DNA of 64,000 nt from a virus. Its lineage: Duplodnaviria; Caudoviricetes. The stretch covers positions 2,066 to 66,065 of the IMG/VR virus record IMGVR_UViG_3300031857_000139; one strand, 5' to 3'. This document shows positions 58,686 to 64,000 of the stretch, one piece after another; position 1 is the stretch's first letter, and each line of letters starts with the position of its first letter. A program made the position numbers and the translations under genes. Under the pieces are notes generated by a model that was given only the letters and a program-made list of their open reading frames with translations, was not told the origin of the DNA and searched no databases.

Positions 58686-60361
58686 ACCAAAAAGATTCTT
58701 ACCGTGATAACCCCCTACTCAAAAAGGTAGGTGTTGACCACCAATATACCAAAGAACAGATTGAAGAATATGTAAAGTGTTCTAAGGATCCTGTTTACTT
58801 CTGCAAGAACTACATTAAGATTGTGAACGTGGATGAAGGCCTTATCAATTTTAATATGTGGCCTTTTCAAGAAGAAATGTTAAATCTTTTTAAAGATAAT
58901 CGTTTCGTCATCACCAAATGTCCTCGTCAGGTTGGTAAAACTACCACAACAGTTGGTTACCTTCTTTGGGCAACTATCTTCACCGATTCTCAGAATGTGG
59001 CAGTTCTGGCAAACAAAGGTTCTTTGGCTCGTGATATTCTAGCCAAGTATCAACTGGCATATGAGAATTTACCACAATGGCTCCAACAAGGTGTGGTGAC
59101 ATGGAACAAGGGTAATGTAGAACTAGAGAACGGGTCTAAGGTTATTGCGGCCTCCACCAGTTCTTCAGCAATCCGAGGCGGTTCGTTTAACATTGTATTC
59201 TTAGACGAATTCGCTTTCGTCCCAAACAATATTGCCAATGAGTTCTTTAACTCAGTCTATCCTGTAATCTCATCTGGTAAGTCCTCAAAGATTATCATTG
59301 TTTCCACACCAAATGGTATGAATCTATTCTATAAACTATGGATGGATTCTTTAGAGAAACGAAACAATTACAAAAATTTTGAGATTCATTGGTCTCATGT
59401 ACCAGGTCGTGATGATGCGTGGAAAGAAGAAACTATTCGAAACACCTCAGAACGGCAGTTTGCACAAGAGTTTGAAACTGAATTCTTAGGTTCGTCTAAT
59501 ACTCTTATCTCTGGTTATAAACTACAACAATTGAGGTACATGAACCCAATTGTAGAACACGATAAGATGAAAATCTATGAACATCCTATCAAAGAAGGTG
59601 TCAATGGTTCTCTAACCGACCACATTTATTGTATTTCGGTTGATGTATCGGAAGGTAAAAACTTAGACTCCTCGGCTTTCTCTGTGATAGATATATCAAC
59701 CACACCATATAAACAGGTTGCCACCTATTCAAGTTCATCCATTTCACCCATATTGTTTCCAACGGTGATTGTTAATGCAGCTCGTTTATACAATGATGCT
59801 TACGTTTTGGTAGAAATAAACAATAATCCACAGGTGGCAGACTTCATACATTCAGATTTAGAGTATGAGAACCTATTGAAAATCTTTACTGGTAATAAGA
59901 AACCACAACAACTGTCTGCTGGATTTGCTCGTGGTGTGCAGATGGGTCTAAAGATGTCACCTCAGGTGAAGGCTGTAGGTTGTTCTAACCTTAAAACATT
60001 AATAGAAGGTGATAAGTTACTAATCAATGACTTTGATACCTATTCAGAGTTAACCACATTTGAGCAATATAAGACATCATTTGCGGCCGCAGAAGGTGCC
60101 AATGATGATATGGCAATGACTTTAGTGATTTTTGCATGGGCAACCACACAGAAATACTTTAGAGAAATAGTAAATCATGATTTAAGAAAGCAGATTCAGT
60201 TGGAAAACATGAATCAATTGGATGAAGAAGTTCTACCTGCACCTATTATAGAAGATGGTCTAAAGACCGATTTCATGGTGGAAGGTGGTGATGTATGGGA
60301 AGTGGCAGACGGTGGCGATACTTATGCGGCCTACACTAGAGATTTCTTTAGGAGTATGTAA
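58682..60361 (+). CDS. gp17: Terminase large subunit gp17
   Basis: KCSKDPVYF, PRQVGKTTT (Walker A), FLDEFAF (Walker B), STPNGMN.FY, QEFE.EFLGS, VDVSEG, NDDMAM. Confidence 0.97.
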   Translation: MNQKDSYRDNPLLKKVGVDHQYTKEQIEEYVKCSKDPVYFCKNYIKIVNVDEGLINFNMWPFQEEMLNLFKDNRFVITKCPRQVGKTTTTVGYLLWATIFTDSQNVAVLANKGSLARDILAKYQLAYENLPQWLQQGVVTWNKGNVELENGSKVIAASTSSSAIRGGSFNIVFLDEFAFVPNNIANEFFNSVYPVISSGKSSKIIIVSTPNGMNLFYKLWMDSLEKRNNYKNFEIHWSHVPGRDDAWKEETIRNTSERQFAQEFETEFLGSSNTLISGYKLQQLRYMNPIVEHDKMKIYEHPIKEGVNGSLTDHIYCISVDVSEGKNLDSSAFSVIDISTTPYKQVATYSSSSISPILFPTVIVNAARLYNDAYVLVEINNNPQVADFIHSDLEYENLLKIFTGNKKPQQLSAGFARGVQMGLKMSPQVKAVGCSNLKTLIEGDKLLINDFDTYSELTTFEQYKTSFAAAEGANDDMAMTLVIFAWATTQKYFREIVNHDLRKQIQLENMNQLDEEVLPAPIIEDGLKTDFMVEGGDVWEVADGGDTYAAYTRDFFRSM

Positions 60362-60372
60362 ATCCGATGTTT

Positions 60373-60380
60373 GATAAATA
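60373..60380 (+). promoter_or_regulatory. Late promoter-like motif (GATAAATA) upstream of gp18
   Basis: Intergenic, followed by SD AAGGAG at ~60421. Confidence 0.6.
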
Positions 60381-60432
60381 TCAGTATGGTATTTTAACTG
60401 CCAAGAACACATAATAATTCAAGGAGAATAAA

Positions 60433-62118
60433 ATGGCGTTTCAAATCTCTCCAGGCGTAAATGTTTCCGAAGTTGACTTAACAACAGTCGTTCCTTCGGT
60501 TCTAACTACGGCCGGTGCTTATGCTGGAAACTTTTCGTGGGGTCCAGCACGACAAGTAATTCTGGTTGACAACGAAATCACACTAACCAATTACTTTGGT
60601 AAACCAGATTCAAACTCAGCAATTTCGTTTTTTACATCTGCTTCTTTCTTAGCCTATGGTAACAACCTAAGTGTTGTTCGTGCTGTCGATGCTAACTCAA
60701 ATAATGCAGCTGCAAACACAGCATTTCAAATTCCTAATTCAGACGAATTTGAATATCTTTATTTAAACACAGACAACAATAATTTCTTTGGTGCATTTAT
60801 GGCCAAATATCCAGGCGTTCTTGGTAACTCGTTATCGGTAGCTGTTTGTGCCAATACAAGTTTGTTTAGTAGCTGGTCTTATAGTTCTTACTTTACTTCT
60901 GCTCCTGGTACTTCAGATTATGCATCTGCTGTTGGTGGTTCAAATGATGAAATGCACGTTGTTGTAATTGATGCAGGTGGATTATTTACTGGCCAACAAG
61001 GTACAGTATTGGAAGTTTATCCATTCTTATCTAAAGCTTCTGATGCAAGTATTAATGGAGTATCAAACTTTTATAAACAAGTTATTTTTGATAACTCACA
61101 ATACATCTATGCTACCGATCCAGTAAACTATGCAACAACAAGTTCTACTTGGGATAATCCAGCAGCTAATACAAACTTCACGACACTAACAACCAATCCA
61201 ACAATCACATTAGCAGGTGGTTCAGAATTCACACCAACAAATGGTGATATTCAAACTGCTTATGATTTATTTGCAAATAAAGAAACAATTGATATTTCAT
61301 TGGTGTTAACTGGTAATGCAAACACAACAGTTCAACAATATGTTATTGATAATATTGTTAACTCTCGTAAAGACTGTGTAGCATTTATTTCGCCTCCAAG
61401 AACATCAGTTGATGGTATTAATACTACACCAACAGCTGGTATTCAATCTTGGTTATCAAGTTTGGCTCGCTCTAGTTCATATGTTGTAGCTGATTCTGGT
61501 TACAAATATATGTATGACAAGTATAACAATGTCTATCGTTACATTCCATTAAACGGTGATGTGGCCGGTCTGTGTGTTAATACTGATACAGTTCGTGATC
61601 CATGGTTCTCACCTGCTGGTTTCAACCGTGGTCAAATCAAAAATGCTATTAAGTTGGCATGGAATCCAAATAAGACACAACGAGATGTATTGTATGCCGC
61701 AGGTGTAAATCCTGTTGTATCTTTCCCTGGTCAAGGTATTGTTCTGTTTGGTGATAAGACACTACAAAACAAGCCATCTGCATTTGACCGTATCAATGTT
61801 CGTAGATTGTTTATTGTTCTTGAAAAGGCAATTTCTCAGGCGGCTCAGTTCTCATTGTTTGAATTCAATGACGAATTTACTCGTGCTCAGTTCGTAGCAT
61901 TGGTAACTCCGTTCCTACGAGATGTTCAAGGTCGCCGTGGTATCTATGACTTCCGTGTTGTTTGTGACACTACAAATAATACACCACAAATCATTGATAC
62001 TAACCAGTTTGTTGGTGACATCTACATCAAGCCTGCTCGTTCTATCAACTTCATCCAATTGAACTTTGTTGCAGTTGGAACTGGTGTTGACTTCACAACA
62101 ATCGTTGGTGCAGCTTAA
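60433..62118 (+). CDS. gp18: Tail sheath protein gp18
   Basis: SPGV.V.E.DLT, F.WGP, RKDCVAFISP, YDKYN..YRYIPLNGD.AG, PWFSPAG.NRG, SAFDRINVRRLF, YIKPARSINFI.LNF. Confidence 0.97.
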   Translation: MAFQISPGVNVSEVDLTTVVPSVLTTAGAYAGNFSWGPARQVILVDNEITLTNYFGKPDSNSAISFFTSASFLAYGNNLSVVRAVDANSNNAAANTAFQIPNSDEFEYLYLNTDNNNFFGAFMAKYPGVLGNSLSVAVCANTSLFSSWSYSSYFTSAPGTSDYASAVGGSNDEMHVVVIDAGGLFTGQQGTVLEVYPFLSKASDASINGVSNFYKQVIFDNSQYIYATDPVNYATTSSTWDNPAANTNFTTLTTNPTITLAGGSEFTPTNGDIQTAYDLFANKETIDISLVLTGNANTTVQQYVIDNIVNSRKDCVAFISPPRTSVDGINTTPTAGIQSWLSSLARSSSYVVADSGYKYMYDKYNNVYRYIPLNGDVAGLCVNTDTVRDPWFSPAGFNRGQIKNAIKLAWNPNKTQRDVLYAAGVNPVVSFPGQGIVLFGDKTLQNKPSAFDRINVRRLFIVLEKAISQAAQFSLFEFNDEFTRAQFVALVTPFLRDVQGRRGIYDFRVVCDTTNNTPQIIDTNQFVGDIYIKPARSINFIQLNFVAVGTGVDFTTIVGAA

Positions 62119-62124
62119 TAAATA
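62117..62124 (+). promoter_or_regulatory. Late promoter-like motif (AATAAATA) upstream of gp19
   Basis: Intergenic, followed by SD AGGAG. Confidence 0.55.
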
Positions 62125-62146
62125 ACCACGATATAGGAGAAAACAA

Positions 62147-62689
62147 ATGGCATTCAATGTAGCAGAATTTAGAGCAAATATGATTGGTGACGGTGCCCGT
62201 CCAAATCTATTTCAGGTCTCTTTAACATTCCCAACAGTTGCAACCAACGGCTCAGCCGCTGCACAGAAAACAACATTCATGGCAAAATCAGCACAGTTAC
62301 CCGGTTCTACCGTAGGTACTGTGCCTGTGTTTTATTTTGGCCGTGAACTGAAGTTTGCTGGTAATCGTACCTTCACAGACTGGACATTACAGATTATCAA
62401 TGATGAGGACTTTGTAGTTCGTAACTCTCTTGAATCATGGATGAATGCAATCAACAGTCATACTACCAATGTTCGTAACGGTTCAGCTGTTAACCCATCA
62501 GGTTATACAGTTGATGCAGTAGTTACACAATATGGTAAATCTGGTAACGAATTGAAATCTTATAAGTTTGTAGGTGTGTTCCCACTTGATGTAGCACCAA
62601 TTGATTTAGATTGGGGTTCAAATGATGTGATTGAAGAATATTCAGCCACATTTGCCTTCCAATATTGGGAATCAAATACAACTACCTAA
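62147..62689 (+). CDS. gp19: Tail tube protein gp19
   Basis: GARPNLF.V...F..K.AQLP.S......V...GR.LK.AG.RTF.DWT..IINDEDF..R...E.W...FP.....IDL.W...IEE...TF..QYW. Confidence 0.96.
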   Translation: MAFNVAEFRANMIGDGARPNLFQVSLTFPTVATNGSAAAQKTTFMAKSAQLPGSTVGTVPVFYFGRELKFAGNRTFTDWTLQIINDEDFVVRNSLESWMNAINSHTTNVRNGSAVNPSGYTVDAVVTQYGKSGNELKSYKFVGVFPLDVAPIDLDWGSNDVIEEYSATFAFQYWESNTTT

Positions 62690-62701
62690 TATGTTTTTGT
62701 T

Positions 62702-62730
62702 TGAGGGACTTCGGTCCCTCATTTATGTTT
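62702..62730 (+). terminator. Rho-independent terminator with C(UUCG)G tetraloop
   Basis: TGAGGGAC-TTCG-GTCCCTCA perfect 8-bp stem followed by TTTATGTTT, after gp19. The UUCG loop is typical of T4-like phages. Confidence 0.85.
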
Positions 62731-62753
62731 AATTGAATTGGAAATTATAAAAT

Positions 62754-64000
62754 ATGGCAGCTACTAATAAATTCTCTCTCTTTGGTTTTGAGATTTCTCG
62801 CAGAAAAAGCGAGGAAGAGCAACTCGCACAACCATCTATTACGCCACCAAATAATGAAGATGGCGCATTAACCATTTCCTCGGCCGCATACTATGGCACA
62901 TATGTTGACTTAGACGGCACAGCAAAAAATGAAGTAGAACTTATCTCTCGTTATCGTGAGATGGCCATGCAACCAGAGATTGAATCAGCTATTGATGATA
63001 TTATGAATGAAGCCATCGTGCAAGATGATGATGGTAAAATTATTGAGATTGTGTTGGACGATTTAGACCAACCAGAGAAAATTAAAAAAGCAATCAAAGA
63101 TGAGTTTCATACCATTCTTCGTTTGTTTAACTATAAACATATGGCACAAGATATTTTCCGCCGTTATTATATTGACGGCAGATTATATTATAATGTGATT
63201 ATAGATAAACAAGATCCAATTGCTGGTATTAAAGAACTTCGTTATATTGATCCACGCAAACTTCGTAAAGTTCGTGAGATTAAAAAGAAGAAAGATGAAA
63301 GAACAGGTGCAGAGATTGTAGATGTATTCAATGAATATTATATCTACAACGATAAAGTGGTAACTGGTTCTTCTTCTAATTATGGACCAGTTGGTGTTCG
63401 TATTACAACCGATTCGATTCTCTCTGTTGTATCTGGTTTGATGGATTCTCGCCGTGCTGTAGTGTTATCGTATCTACACAAGGCAATTAAACCACTCAAT
63501 CAATTACGAATGATTGAAGATGCCACAGTTATCTATCGTATCTCACGAGCACCTGAACGCCGTATTTTTTACATTGACGTAGGTAATTTGCCTAAGTTAA
63601 AAGCCGAACAATATCTTCGTGATATTATGGTCAAGTATAAAAACAAGTTGGTCTATGATGCACAGACAGGTGAAGTCCGTGATGACCGTAAATTCTTGTC
63701 AATGATGGAAGATTTTTGGTTACCACGCCGTGAAGGTGGTAAAGGCACAGAGATTACTACATTACCTGGTGGTCAAAACTTAGGTGAGTTAGAAGATGTT
63801 AAATACTTTCAAAAGAAATTATATAACTCATTAAGTGTACCTATTTCTCGTTTAGAACCTAATCAAGGTTTCTCTATTGGTCGTGTTGCAGAAGTTACAC
63901 GAGATGAATTAAAGTTTGCAAAGTTTGTTGACCGTTTGCGTAACAAGTTTTCTGATATCTTTAATCAGGCACTCCGTGTGCAATGTGTATTAAAAGGTAT
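62754..64000 (+). CDS. gp20: Portal protein gp20 (3' truncated by the window, absent from the ORF track)
   Basis: Hand translation MAATNKFSLFGFEI...ELISRYREMAMQPEIESAIDDIMNEAIV...YLHKAIKPLNQLRMIEDA.VIYRISRAPERRIFYIDVGNLPK.KAEQYL...MEDFWLPRREGGKGTEITTLPGGQNLGE. Confidence 0.96.
   Translation, partial: MAATNKFSLFGFEISRRKSEEEQLAQPSITPPNNEDGALTISSAAYYGTYVDLDGTAKNEVELISRYREMAMQPEIESAIDDIMNEAIVQDDDGKIIEIVLDDLDQPEKIKKAIKDEFHTILRLFNYKHMAQDIFRRYYIDGRLYYNVIIDKQDPIAGIKELRYIDPRKLRKVREIKKKKDERTGAEIVDVFNEYYIYNDKVVTGSSSNYGPVGVRITTDSILSVVSGLMDSRRAVVLSYLHKAIKPLNQLRMIEDATVIYRISRAPERRIFYIDVGNLPKLKAEQYLRDIMVKYKNKLVYDAQTGEVRDDRKFLSMMEDFWLPRREGGKGTEITTLPGGQNLGELEDVKYFQKKLYNSLSVPISRLEPNQGFSIGRVAEVTRDELKFAKFVDRLRNKFSDIFNQALRVQCVLKG

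Noticed and set aside
57963-62689. Homing endonuclease, intron or intein in the terminase/sheath region
   Set aside because: gp17, gp18 and gp19 are uninterrupted with normal or short length, and the inserted ORF lacks endonuclease motifs.
1-64000. Stop-codon reassignment explaining the many short genes
   Set aside because: Core genes are full length in the standard code. TAA, TGA and TAG all end genes, and successive small genes are usually in different frames with their own starts.
1-64000. Host assignment
   Set aside because: No host-diagnostic genes in the window. The architecture resembles environmental aquatic T4-like phages, but this cannot be established from this sequence.

Overview
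This window is part of the virion-morphogenesis region of a large T4-like myovirus. All credible genes are on the + strand and use the standard genetic code. The order is gp48 (partial), gp53, hub, split gp5, a small fibre/adhesin islet, gp25, gp6, gp7, a fibre, gp8, then a ~37 kb fibre island, followed by gp13, gp14, gp15, a fibre, gp16, an unknown ORF, gp17, gp18, gp19 and gp20 (partial). The island (16316-53492) sits where T4 has genes 9-12 and wac. It contains a 2089-aa structural protein, several long trimeric fibres, a 2OG-Fe(II) oxygenase plus glycosyltransferase pair, and an array of 37 short genes (31943-53492). The array is built from a few paralogous families: collagen-stalked hubs, variable head domains, and head-specific small partner proteins. 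The most striking signal is that putative socket domains and short N-terminal plug motifs recur in matching numbers. Every gene ending in one C-terminal motif is followed by exactly three head or branch genes, so gene order reads like a depth-first listing of a branched, tree-like receptor-binding apparatus with about 18 tips (inference). Other signals are an Ala-Asn motif bias in scaffold proteins next to modifying enzymes, a duplicated ~73-bp A-tract intergenic element, and exact micro-homologies at head-domain boundaries. All product calls come from motif recognition and synteny; no database searches were run.
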